A stretch of DNA of 64,000 nt, from contig JBGAIN010000002.1 of NCBI GenBank assembly GCA_044225505.1, positions 1 through 64,000 of the forward strand. The letters run 5' to 3'. Shown here piece after piece: positions 12,001-18,432 of this stretch (positions are counted from its first letter, which is position 1; each line of letters begins with the position of its first letter). A model generated the notes under the pieces. The model saw only the letters and a program-made list of their open reading frames with translations. It was not told the origin of the DNA and searched no databases. The position numbers were made by a program, and so were the translations under genes. Source of the stretch: Limisphaerales bacterium (GTDB taxonomy: Bacteria > Verrucomicrobiota > Verrucomicrobiia > Limisphaerales > SIBE01).

Positions 12001-14818
12001 TGGCTAGAGCTCCCGTCAGCGTCAGCAAACCTGTCCCGTTCACTTTGAGATTCCCACCTGTACTCACGCTCCGCAGTTCCACCAACTTCGCGAACTGGCC
12101 GGTCGCGGAGATGGATAATTTCGCGGCGAGATCAGTCACGGATTGGCGAACCAACGTGAACGTCCCGCCCGAGATCTCAATGCTGCCGCCTTCCAACCGC
12201 GTGGTATTGGCCGCGATGTTCGTTAACTGCGCTACGCTCAGCTCCCCGCCTGCCACAACCAAATTCCCGTCGTTTCTCACGGAAAACCGGTCATTGAATG
12301 CAGTTACCGTTCCGCCGGATTTACGCAGGGTCCCAGTCGACGTATTGGATAACTGGCCGGAACCAGAAGCCGTGAAGTCGATGCCTCCCGTAATATCTAT
12401 GAGGCCACTGTTTACAATACGGAGAGTCGCCCCTAAGGGGACATCCACGACACCTTCAGTGGCTGTGATGGCCCCCCGATTATCGAGGCTGAGGCTACCT
12501 TGAAAACGGCTGCGCCCGAGAGCCAAAAGCCCGCCTTCGGAAACGGCGACGATCCCGGCGCCGTCAAAAGTCATGTCCCGCCACTGGGCAGTTTTCAACT
12601 CCAACCTCGCTCCCGAACCCAACGTCATGCTGCCCCCGGACGCATCCAGGCTATCGGTCGTGAGCGTGCCCAGAATCTCCCCGAACCCAGCGGACAGAAT
12701 CAGCTGCCCCATCGCGCCGCCTGAGATGGACCACCGTCCCGCAGATGTACCAAGCTCAAAGCGCGATACGTTCAAGCCACCTCGGAACGTCACCACTGCC
12801 GCACCGACAATGATCTGCCCCGCCACGTTTACGGTTGTGGTAGCTGCAAATGAGTGATTCCCAGCCGCGAATCGGATCGTCGTTCCCGCCGCCGCTTTAA
12901 GAGATCCAGAGTGCTTGGAGCCGCCTCGGCTTGTCTGTCCGGTGACGCTGGAACGAAGAAGCAGTTCGCCGGCCGCCACGTCGATGGTGCCGTCATTTGT
13001 CACCTCCAACCCAGCGTCCAGCCGCAACACCCCTGCCCCGGCACTTTTGCGAAGCGTTCCTCCCGCTCGAATGACCAAGGTCCCAGTGGGCAAGTCCGAG
13101 CCGAGCGTGAGGTCCGCCTGGATGTCCATCAGTCCCAAGACGTCAATTCGCCCAGTCGCGCCGTCGGCAAACAGAATCGCCCCGGCTCCCGAAACCACCA
13201 TCGTGCCGCGATTCTCCAAGATAAATGCGTCGCGGATCTCTTTCTGATTGGTCCCGTCAAAGGAGAGTTTGCCAGCCGCGTTCACGACGAGCTTACCAAG
13301 CCCGAACAGCCCTCCTCCTTTGATCGTGCCCTCCGTGACCGTTATCGTTCCAGCTCCGCCGAGGAAGCCGGCGGCTACCGTCAACTTGGCAATACTGGTC
13401 GTCCCCGAAAAGGTGGCACGCCCTGCTTGCAAGGTTAGAGCGCCGATCGTGGCTGTGGCAGTCAACACCTCCCCGCCCGTGCCATCCACGGTCACGTTGC
13501 TCACGTTGAGCGAGGTCGCCGTGACGCGCGCGTTCGTGACGGCTAAAGTCCCGGCGCCAGTCGCCAGCGCGCCAAATTCGTGTCCACCCGCGAACAACCG
13601 GAGAATCGCGCCGGCAGCTAGCTGAATGCTCCCGGTATAGCGATTGGCATTCGCGGTGGTCAGGGCATCCCGACCTCCTCCTCGGACCTCCAGTTCACCG
13701 CTAACTACGTCCAAACGCCCCTCATTCGTTAAACGGACGTTTGAGGCCAGGAGCGACTTGGCGCCCGCTGAGGTGACCTGCACGGTGCCGCCCGCGCGGT
13801 TACGAAAAAAGCTTCCTGTTTGTCCCTGGTCCAGGCCAATGGCAGCGGCACCGTTAAGTTCCCACTTGCCAATGTTGTCAATCGAAGCGGCGTCGCGCAG
13901 CGCAACGGCGGTGCTATTGACGGTCGTCGTACCACGATTCTCAAAGACGCGCGTACCTCGCAGTGTAAAGTCCGAGCCATCGAAAAGGGCCACCCCGCCC
14001 TGATTGACGATGAACCGACCGGCGCCGTCAAAAGTCCCGCCTGTCAGAGTCGCGCGGGTTGCGGCCAGGTCGCCTGTGCCTGTCACGGTGGCTGCCCCGG
14101 CCATAACCAGGTTCTCCACGCTCGAATTCCCCACGAGCTCCAGCACAGCCCCATCCAACTTGAGCGTCCCCGTCGCCGTGAGCGCCGCAACCCGGGCGCT
14201 GAAACCTTTTGGCAGCGTCACAGTCGCATTCTTAATGACGACCGTCTGCGTCACCTCGGGCAAGACCTTGGCATCCCAGTTGAGAGGGTCATTCCAGAAG
14301 AAATGATCTCCAGCGCCGGTCCATGTGATCGACGTTGGAGTGACCGATGCCAGACTCAGCTTGCCGAAGCGCGCAGCTTCGACAGCACCGGGCAAGGTGG
14401 AAGTGTCGCTCAAGTCGGCAGGATTAGACTCCGTCTGCTCCCTCTCCAGAGCCGATTCCTGAGGGTCAGCGGTTGGATCCGTCTGCTTTGCTTCGAGCTG
14501 CGGAGTTGCGTTGGAATCGGCCGTTCTTTCGACATTCGCAGCTCTTTGGGAAAGCTCCGCCGCCGCCGCTTCGCCTCCGGGGTCCGTAAGGGCAATACTT
14601 TCCTCCACCATTCCGGCGAAGGCGTCGGACTCCATCGTGCCCGAGTATTGAATCGCCTCCGAGGGGCTACTTGGTACCGCTTTTGCAAATTCAGGAACCG
14701 TGTCCACGAAACCAGCCATTGAGGCGAAAGGAGTCTGAAGTACCAAACCCTCAGCGGAAAGCAGGATTCGCTGTTCGAGTTGCTCAAGCCGAAAACGTTG
14801 TCCGGACTTGCTTTGCAT
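2..14818 (-). CDS. Giant secreted/surface multidomain protein (>=4,939 aa, 3' end beyond window): LEPR-xLL-type N-terminus, G/T-rich beta-helix-like repeats, NxxGxxAF propeller-like region, two alpha/beta-hydrolase-like domains, metzincin motif
   Basis: Manual translation from ATG 14818 gives MQSKSGQRFRLEQLEQRILLSAEG...TWTGAGDHFFWNDPLNWD.... The same frame is open wherever I checked, down to position 2 (...LNLTLNQVG). The ORF track has no minus-strand ORF in this frame, as expected if there is no stop. Motifs: SAINDAGVVAF (~9350-9380), GYELGKDLFVANYDWRL (8048-8098), HLIGFSRG (6584-6607), HEFGHNLGLLDEY (2996-3034). Confidence 0.88.
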   Translation of the reverse strand, partial: MQSKSGQRFRLEQLEQRILLSAEGLVLQTPFASMAGFVDTVPEFAKAVPSSPSEAIQYSGTMESDAFAGMVEESIALTDPGGEAAAAELSQRAANVERTADSNATPQLEAKQTDPTADPQESALEREQTESNPADLSDTSTLPGAVEAARFGKLSLASVTPTSITWTGAGDHFFWNDPLNWDAKVLPEVTQTVVIKNATVTLPKGFSARVAALTATGTLKLDGAVLELVGNSSVENLVMAGAATVTGTGDLAATRATLTGGTFDGAGRFIVNQGGVALFDGSDFTLRGTRVFENRGTTTVNSTAVALRDAASIDNIGKWELNGAAAIGLDQGQTGSFFRNRAGGTVQVTSAGAKSLLASNVRLTNEGRLDVVSGELEVRGGGRDALTTANANRYTGSIQLAAGAILRLFAGGHEFGALATGAGTLAVTNARVTATSLNVSNVTVDGTGGEVLTATATIGALTLQAGRATFSGTTSIAKLTVAAGFLGGAGTITVTEGTIKGGGLFGLGKLVVNAAGKLSFDGTNQKEIRDAFILENRGTMVVSGAGAILFADGATGRIDVLGLMDIQADLTLGSDLPTGTLVIRAGGTLRKSAGAGVLRLDAGLEVTNDGTIDVAAGELLLRSSVTGQTSRGGSKHSGSLKAAAGTTIRFAAGNHSFAATTTVNVAGQIIVGAAVVTFRGGLNVSRFELGTSAGRWSISGGAMGQLILSAGFGEILGTLTTDSLDASGGSMTLGSGARLELKTAQWRDMTFDGAGIVAVSEGGLLALGRSRFQGSLSLDNRGAITATEGVVDVPLGATLRIVNSGLIDITGGIDFTASGSGQLSNTSTGTLRKSGGTVTAFNDRFSVRNDGNLVVAGGELSVAQLTNIAANTTRLEGGSIEISGGTFTLVRQSVTDLAAKLSISATGQFAKLVELRSVSTGGNLKVNGTGLLTLTGALANDGTIQIGPGSTLAVTGDYSQRATGKLVVEVGDNLSLVGQLKVSRAGVLAGALEFRLNVPEILGLASSFQFGTASSFTGTFADLIIPSLAQGVLRVSTGNGRLFAEVLSREAPTEVHLEVPNLFRLAATEIGVLSQPLANGSIAEVRNPIFEFFGFPDLHLTALPQVFLTQTSLTITGTVPVTETIDVLDLAGANLIFNLTFRQTLVSGVPTNVALTGGTVQLSASSATLFPTANLSGFSATVAAPSGSFNLVDGTLTLSASGLTLSFAEGVTLRASASNAVTLTLGSSPAGNAPFSGEARGLALTQDSIANLPAVTVNTLALGRTGFSVTVPLPGALNVALGGSPALVEFRDGTAQLLASLQLGAGAAEAHLQTGFTAASAALFPNLRTAALDGGAILTGVSGSVDFITGATTVRADSAAMDFGPAISLNATATRDSVGAVTSPAVTLTVPRAKEIAFDTTLGTIRNVSAKITVFPELPTATVEELKITAGGFSLRGLVTGGPGTNLDFRTESLTAAQVHDVRVELNLSLLFVLDYPVVGGTAMVTASDLVLFPAATLAGVFEARAQTLEGRLDIGSGRTELSFATAHLSVTDLLTLDSSGGRIVLDPTETSAFAELARFDSVIAKVPRMPSLPTLSVESIALRRNGFALEGLRFGGPDFNFDFGNPVILGARGVVLGLNLDVSFVPSFTVSGHLDVQAIQAALFPRSASPLFSGTTLFLTGTLAFNGAFSFNAIHVDMGVGSALSSSANEVMFQFDPNGAAVQTVAEMRKVQVSFPDLEQFPPVETELLKVQFEKAAQTFTILINDLTVSGAAEPATVSQVAARLQNQLSNPGTPKPDALDTFVAGGTNSSYTVTLAGSTQTGNIARILPGSAINDAGVVAFSTGGALFALNTAGSLVQLGSNATFGESVSIDNTGRVIVVAMVGGVAELRRYPVGQPGTFETLAKVGVDEFTPSNSGVINPDVKLTSILDVFSTSADGSVFYVGTGQGTSGRFVIRSNSLLDDDGSLLGSATDLLQPVALNGGRVVVLSNQFSGVSGRAIAIVPGGSIQPALADLIAGPDGFNRLLSTIGAIPDGSVITFFGQRITATGPGPLTLFASVASGPGRKLLELSPVAGFAGDETLAIDTETRPVIAMTATKNGVRTLTVALVIKSRDGGKAVFTISESINASGDSVTNGREPQLVVRTGDQLPGLIGGISNLVLSQGLNAKGELAIWVETERLVENQASRQSEVRTDQALLYVKPTRRPILIIPDIGVSTFDITTPQNLLKIGLEAAKLSLSKAAAVAGPYNALIASLVSAGYELGKDLFVANYDWRLPLFPGLGDQPDLKKVIRPVDNSKFEFGTDYVVRTLLDMEAAIRRQPGRIVRSIDVIAHGAGASLLKAVQDSLTLENAARLGAGLGAVLLGAGAAALASLPAVGTAFAVNAAAAVAGAIDVARGAWDLASTAYQEVRTILRLAFNAFGSDPQAKVTRSGKDLGRDKFLRQGAADPDVFGRSYMEGFRALGGIEAILNDPNGVYPELDLVTPAQGQVVSGLTLPAFEWRYQGSSLGPGKISAVHLFVSVGGPTDGLFPDPARLFSEDQLSADLRDPNPHRILTLTLTPDSSGTAPTRFVLEPGDQRLLDLRLTASQTYHWGVQAVLSSDLADLLGLPAIGDFGTFQTPDVVATGSEFSAVTLITHGFQLPYVDTAVPTDFQELAHMIAGSNNGLVLQYEPDTGSWHELSRGKRSGEFVFATAPASLSRILGFLGRPLVLLSDWVTDSSIGDRGFSGAAADAIFAGLVQLDQDLSGKLFGSDLHLIGFSRGTVVTSEIARRLGVYFPDRVGSKAVNGSDLQVTLLDTHDFEQPNLNVPLQDILNALSLASSLATLPLGPLGTTIQGAVAGASLLNTLAGAVVVPYGNFHEPAVTVWDNVTFADTYWESAGGTDPGNHGNLFQSFTPDGRPIGTDPKNPASPPVADIDIELNGRPGFMADTPIFELGPAALGIGGPHLRVKSWYAGTVQLNATDFFANYPGGTSPIWRYDEAGLRQVYFEETVAPDGTVTRNAKLVPVTNDQLWYSAGATGDTVDLTQTQEGILSGWAYSKLGGGLDDRPEDAAAAARRPSAAASQLASIFNGDFDQSLVPTFGRFPYPLLILNPAIADGRLGDLVETLLTKTPILSTLLGELKLSSKTEKAAFLVDWLTRSSGALQSGSGDADRFFDFLDQMGREAGQSDLLQPLFEFLNPSWREVPGWSFHGGSGGRFQGENLAFFLNPGKENAFAAEILDLGKQFGIFGPGGKLDFTDDVNRIFSEVTLAGRYTAFLGWTNQVLAEIGLSLGDAATGAAARFAKALDEGLVNMAYNLGYEDSITHNRMYLPPDARFLSYDSFVVPPSDSSNPAVDDDAALRITLQIEGEANPRVLDEVDIVPPSSLDTAFSKRVIAIPEAAQGKVVTITFTRVSGQELSRSQRARVFSVLLDNVQLDKTDPSALQFTDSSGDAGDGSVFFFESDPEQLPTNQSTPDELPNSVTENFVTEFDPTPIQPLPPLSFVPAVVGIDKNTLIVTNTSNVDRTVGFRIAANHFLRLTGIKVNGVSKTVDGSGFFNQNEQAIYGTFLENNQSKTLIVPAASNGSPGKLEMEFESVLFPTYMKNIAPNEPPVQLLDAVITSYETSTGPKPALLTKNFRLFFLVDAGDDSFQDNTIRFGATLENQDRSIRLSVPRGVSVSVRDSVGPPETFKFDDRTQELSYIAPTVDPAKRIESSGAFLVFKNEATGRALNDFGPGTGREETKIFGTATSAHVLTVSRESFKAQIADLLLKIALSQASFTDAGLQAFRRLLFPSGTASPVLDANVTLLFESLLQELNATFRVVANTGAFPEMQIKTIDTAGGDVSFLFNRLDANPDTSTLAHARLNFASGTFESLLVQTIPYDTPFFGRQNFAPREFLSAASLAYRMDLVINPFRESSITLWVDNLSDLADRPEFVPSSDTAAAREEKIRALGKRFGSTLAHEFGHNLGLLDEYDTLTIDPQTRRVRTTDERRNSAINGLFGPNLMTVGGQSNLSENQLESLRLSLNNPTLPQFSTRPQLEAFIYDYWKRALDHNKLLYRGKISFTKTIPSIYVNFPTAPTTATFPILAETRSTRAAEALRLTATTPAQAPAPTLVASSTVRPTSASAVIFTSGGAGFSTFVAGNNGGTRTRGLFDFDATTTASGIAVRPVVTPAGGDGVSGLRGMLEPFFLGGSQLLHFLDGAFQNTSRVIASLGQLGHDSILGNVDFLTTAFQQFGYAATSANFAAFAAAAPQRLLNVTLAGVEGFITDPLGRRVGFTTQTGALAEIPGSQYTGGSTGTAYLPEALKGTYSYDFRAVGGGAALVHVESGNKALTGGVSLRQTATAGTRLNGTFVIKEAPLIPGLPDLFEIKNPVLTANLRITISPSSVQVSGDLTITADSAAIFPNLETVAVDGVITAQSILGRLDLDTTSSSVGRFVFEANAASLVLPDVVTLTASGDALGPALRVIIDPNSNEMARLRNLEMSLAVLPDLDPQLRTLDQAIVRKNGFSLTKAATTGAFSAGTSPRVLHVASGTFSLALDAILRPTLALSGSVQFSSPNLQVLPDAPAQTSFTLDGGATGTWDFGTGRLTVNAPNFQGSVAGVLDVTAANPRLTFNPKAAPGDDLLAFTNLAGRLNVIADPAGSPSVTLTRLALNHDGSVELSEADVVFPAGYNKKLGLAGIIPAEITRMRVRFPDPKNFDSFVLVTDAVVDLSLWNRTFTTTLKIGGANVATGGTVSFGLRVASLRQGQFAVDSLGQVELTLTGLQAAGRTLSGQVRLGAIANGELQNIVGADHEIDGTFTVTSGNGAGGTFSSTGDFETAADGRSVLTLRNSVELGANGSSARFDFSLIVTGRRISAAPGFSLETTVQLDSITLSNLRIDLSPVVIITSTTSVLAQNGVEFRGVTVTFPNFPQWQGAVDSLVLREGRIVVSNLTVTLSSGVVGDPLNPFLTLAQPATVLNLTLNQVG

Positions 14819-15164
14819 TCAGGCCTTAGGGAACGACCGTCCGGAAACTGGCACACGCTCAAGCGGCTTGTCAACGGAATTGCAGGTTCTTGTCCGAACG
14901 CTTCTGGTTGCAGGCGGTGAAGTCTGATTCCGGTCTCTCCTTCAGCGATCGTCGACGTCATACGGCCGCTGAATACCAAGGCTCAGCGGGCATTCGAGTC
15001 TTGGCGCCAAAGAGCCGGGCGGACCCAAACTCCCTCTACCCGAATCAAGATTCTCGTCCACCTCATTCCGCACGAGGAGGCAGAGATTCTAGCCAAAACA
15101 AGCTGGACTTGAATCACTTGGATTGCCTTGCGGGTCCCAGAGAAGCAGCTTCGAGCAGTCTTAC

Positions 15165-18110
15165 TTAGCGAGCACTCAAGATCCTTAACTGCTCAGGCCG
15201 AACCGCGACGGTCGGACGGAAGCGGTCGCTCTTCATATACTGAAGGAGACTATGACGAAATTGGCGCACCACCAGCTCGTTTGGAGAATCACTCATGAGA
15301 TCGATACTACAGACGAACAAGCGTCCCGAGCCGACTTTCGCTTCGAACGCCAAGGCCAATTTGCGCGCCGTTACCCAGTCATCGATGACTTGCACGGTCG
15401 GCTGCAGTTTTGCAGAAAACCCATCCAGAATCATAGGATTCGCTCGGTGGATGAGGTACCACCACTGCCAATTGGTATGAGAGTCCGTCGGAAACTCCGC
15501 GAAGAGCGGGTGTTTTGGGTTGCAGAGAATGCCGAGGGTGTGCGGCGGCTGGCGCCGAGTCCAGGCCGTATTCCAAAAGATACTGGAGAACCCGAGCTCG
15601 ACTTTGCCAAGTTTGGGGTCCGGTGCCACGTTCCCGGGTGGGAGCAGCCAAAGCACCTTGCCGCCGCTGGCCAATTGCGCATTGGCTTCTGGAGTAAGCT
15701 CACGAACGACGGTGATGTCACTGGCAGGGACGACCGGTAAATGCGAGGGATAGATCCATATATCCCAATCGTTTTCGGCTATGGCCGAGTCTGGTTTCCC
15801 TTCGCCTGGGCGCGCAGGGTGGTAACCGAGGAGGCCGCGTGACGATAGTTTGACCTTGAATTTATAGCGCGCGGGCGCAGGCAATCGGCTTAGGTCCGGT
15901 CGCCACTCTTGGAGAGGTCCGCTTTGCCCAAGCGGCAGATTCAAAGCAGTACTCTGCCCTTCCAAATACGTGGTCCCATCATCCGCAACGAGCTTGTAGC
16001 CTAAAGAGATGTTCCGCAACGGCTCTGGCCCGTAGTGAGCCACTTCAACCCGGAACGACGGAGTTTCCTCGGGAGTAAAAACTCGCTTGGACAGCCGGGC
16101 TAACGGCACGGTCGGACCGGAGAACCGATGAAACTCCTCGGCGGTCACGTAGCCTTTCTCCTCCCAAAACGGATCGAGTACTCCGACCAAAGCGGTCCCC
16201 TGGCCAGGGAAATCGTGGAGATCCAGCAACTGAAACCCGCCCATCCCCGGGGTGCGCAACGCCGACTCGATCTCTTCCTTGTAACAGAGCGCTTGCAGCT
16301 TGCCCGATGCGTGGAGAAAGGGCCGGGCAAGAGCAGCCATTCCGTGCGCTTCCAAAGTGTCACGAAAGATCTCGAAATTCTTGGGCTTTAAATAGCCGGT
16401 GTATTTCTTCATTTCGTCGAAGTTGGGATAAACGCACCACTCGCCAATCTCATGGCTAATGACGGGGACAGTCCGTGCTGTCACGTAATCGCGATAATCC
16501 GTCAGGGTCTCCGGCGCCGCTGCGTTAATGCGGGACTTCAATCCCCCACCCCACGATTGGATGCGCGGATCTGGCGTGACGTGGAATTCGTTCTCCGGCA
16601 ATTGCGGCCACCCGGCACCCGCACTGTAGAGTCGTCGCGGATCGGCGTTCCGGAAATGCGTTACCCACCGGCTCAAATAGTCCTTGTGATGATCGCCTCC
16701 TGGCTCGTTGCCATAGAGCAGCATGACGAACGATGGATGGTTGCCGTAAGCACGCAGGATGCGCTCTGTTTCGTCGTAGATCCAACGATCGACTGGTTTG
16801 CCGTCGCCCAGGGTGGTGGAGGCGTTGGCCCACGACGCGCACTCCACATGGTAGTAAAACCCAATCTCATCCGCCGCGGCAAACGCTGCCTCGGGCGGGC
16901 ACCAGGAATGAAACCGGAGATTGTTTAGTCCATGGGCTTTCGCAATCCGCACAATGCGACGCCAGGATTCTATCTCGGTCGGCGGATGCCCTGTCTTGGG
17001 AAAGATGCAGCACTCCAGCGTCCCACGAATAAACGTCAACTGACTGTTGATGGTGAATTGAGTGCCGCGCGCGCGGAAATCGCGAAAACCGAATCGCAGC
17101 GCGCGCGCGTGTTTGCCGCCGTGTGGCGATTCAAGGGTTACTGCAAGCAGGTAGAGCTGAGGACGGAACTCATCCCAGAGTCGCGGGTCGCGGAGCGTAA
17201 GATCGCACGCAAAGGAAGTGAGGATGTTGGTTGTGATCGTGACTGGGCATAGGCTTTCGCCTTGGCTCGAAGACCGAGTCGCACTCTGGCCGTGATCTTG
17301 AGCGGGATCGGACGTTGTCGGGGTCGCCACCAAGCTTAAAGTCGCTTCACTCGCTCGCCCTGTAAGATTCCGAATCTGTCCACGGACGGTTACCTGGCCG
17401 CTCGCGGCGTTCGGGTAAATCTGCAGATCCTCGATGGCGACGAGAGGTCGCGATTCCAGTTCGACCCGCCCAACGATTCCGTTCCAATTTCCTTGGGTAT
17501 GGTCTGAGACACTGTGGGAATCGCGTCCCACATCCAGGACCAGGCGATTATCCACACGAACGGTCAGAGAATGACGGCCCGGAGTAACCAAGCCGAGATG
17601 ATACTCATGCGCCGTCGACAAGCTTAGGTTGGTCCCGACACTTTGCCCATCCAGCCAAACGCGCGTTTCCCAGTGCGGACGCTCTAGAATCAGCCGGACC
17701 GACTCGTTCGACCAACTCTTGGGAACTTCAATCTCGCGTTGATACCAGGCAGGGCCAGCGTAGTAAGTCTGCGGTTGCAGCCAGAATGGGACTTTAATGT
17801 GGCCAGCCTTCCGATAGAGAGCGAACTCAGGCGCGGTGAAAAAGGAACGGTCAACGACTGTGCCGATCCAGGGCGTGTTCGTAGTGATAGACTCTCCCAC
17901 TCCTTGACCCGGAAGCGAGCCAGGCAACTTGATATGGCCGCTCAGACGGTTTTGAAACCAAGCCTCCTGAAGACCCGCGTCCTGCGGATCCAGAGCGAAG
18001 CGCCAAGTTCCGGAAAGTGAGATCGTCGATCCGCTCGTTGGGAGAGCGACAATGGCGAGGAGGATAAGCCGAGCCAACAACACAGATCCTCTAGCCGATG
18101 TGGAAAACAT
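15165..18110 (-). CDS. Glycoside hydrolase family 2 (beta-galactosidase/beta-glucuronidase-like), secreted
   Basis: Signal-like N-terminus from ATG 18110, ISLSGTWRF sugar-binding domain, RFGFRDF, LRFHSWCP, GNEP (acid/base) and SHEIG (nucleophile region). Confidence 0.85.
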   Translation of the reverse strand: MFSTSARGSVLLARLILLAIVALPTSGSTISLSGTWRFALDPQDAGLQEAWFQNRLSGHIKLPGSLPGQGVGESITTNTPWIGTVVDRSFFTAPEFALYRKAGHIKVPFWLQPQTYYAGPAWYQREIEVPKSWSNESVRLILERPHWETRVWLDGQSVGTNLSLSTAHEYHLGLVTPGRHSLTVRVDNRLVLDVGRDSHSVSDHTQGNWNGIVGRVELESRPLVAIEDLQIYPNAASGQVTVRGQIRNLTGRASEATLSLVATPTTSDPAQDHGQSATRSSSQGESLCPVTITTNILTSFACDLTLRDPRLWDEFRPQLYLLAVTLESPHGGKHARALRFGFRDFRARGTQFTINSQLTFIRGTLECCIFPKTGHPPTEIESWRRIVRIAKAHGLNNLRFHSWCPPEAAFAAADEIGFYYHVECASWANASTTLGDGKPVDRWIYDETERILRAYGNHPSFVMLLYGNEPGGDHHKDYLSRWVTHFRNADPRRLYSAGAGWPQLPENEFHVTPDPRIQSWGGGLKSRINAAAPETLTDYRDYVTARTVPVISHEIGEWCVYPNFDEMKKYTGYLKPKNFEIFRDTLEAHGMAALARPFLHASGKLQALCYKEEIESALRTPGMGGFQLLDLHDFPGQGTALVGVLDPFWEEKGYVTAEEFHRFSGPTVPLARLSKRVFTPEETPSFRVEVAHYGPEPLRNISLGYKLVADDGTTYLEGQSTALNLPLGQSGPLQEWRPDLSRLPAPARYKFKVKLSSRGLLGYHPARPGEGKPDSAIAENDWDIWIYPSHLPVVPASDITVVRELTPEANAQLASGGKVLWLLPPGNVAPDPKLGKVELGFSSIFWNTAWTRRQPPHTLGILCNPKHPLFAEFPTDSHTNWQWWYLIHRANPMILDGFSAKLQPTVQVIDDWVTARKLALAFEAKVGSGRLFVCSIDLMSDSPNELVVRQFRHSLLQYMKSDRFRPTVAVRPEQLRILSAR

Positions 18111-18420
18111 GATCTGATAGTAATGGGATATCACCAAAAGAAAATGGAATAGTTCAATCAACGTGCAGACTGCAGATTGGATAGGAGGGCGGATCGGCCG
18201 TTCGAGGAATAAATGCTCAGGTCTTCGTGAGCCCAACGTCGCGGCTTTGCCACACGAGTGCCGCAGCACCCGGACGAACTCCCGCAAGAAACTTGAAAGA
18301 TTCGCTGGTAAACGACCGTAACCCCTATAGGAGCTAGTCGTGAGGGCTTCTCTGGCGTCAGCGAAACATCACCCCTGAACCGAGAAGCAGACTGGCCGTA
18401 GCTGCTGAGTGAACCGTCAA

Positions 18421-18426
18421 AAGGAG
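18421..18426 (+). promoter_or_regulatory. Ribosome-binding site for the S8 peptidase gene
   Basis: AAGGAG 6 nt upstream of ATG 18433. Confidence 0.7.
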
Positions 18427-18432
18427 TCTAAC

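Noticed and set aside
63..14722. Many plus-strand ORFs of 60-415 aa
   Set aside because: Antisense shadows of the giant minus-strand gene, with no recognisable motifs.
18111..18432. Possible precursor ORF or riboswitch upstream of the S8 gene
   Set aside because: Only short weak hairpins; no cobalamin, SAM or c-di-GMP consensus recognised; no plausible co-oriented small ORF.
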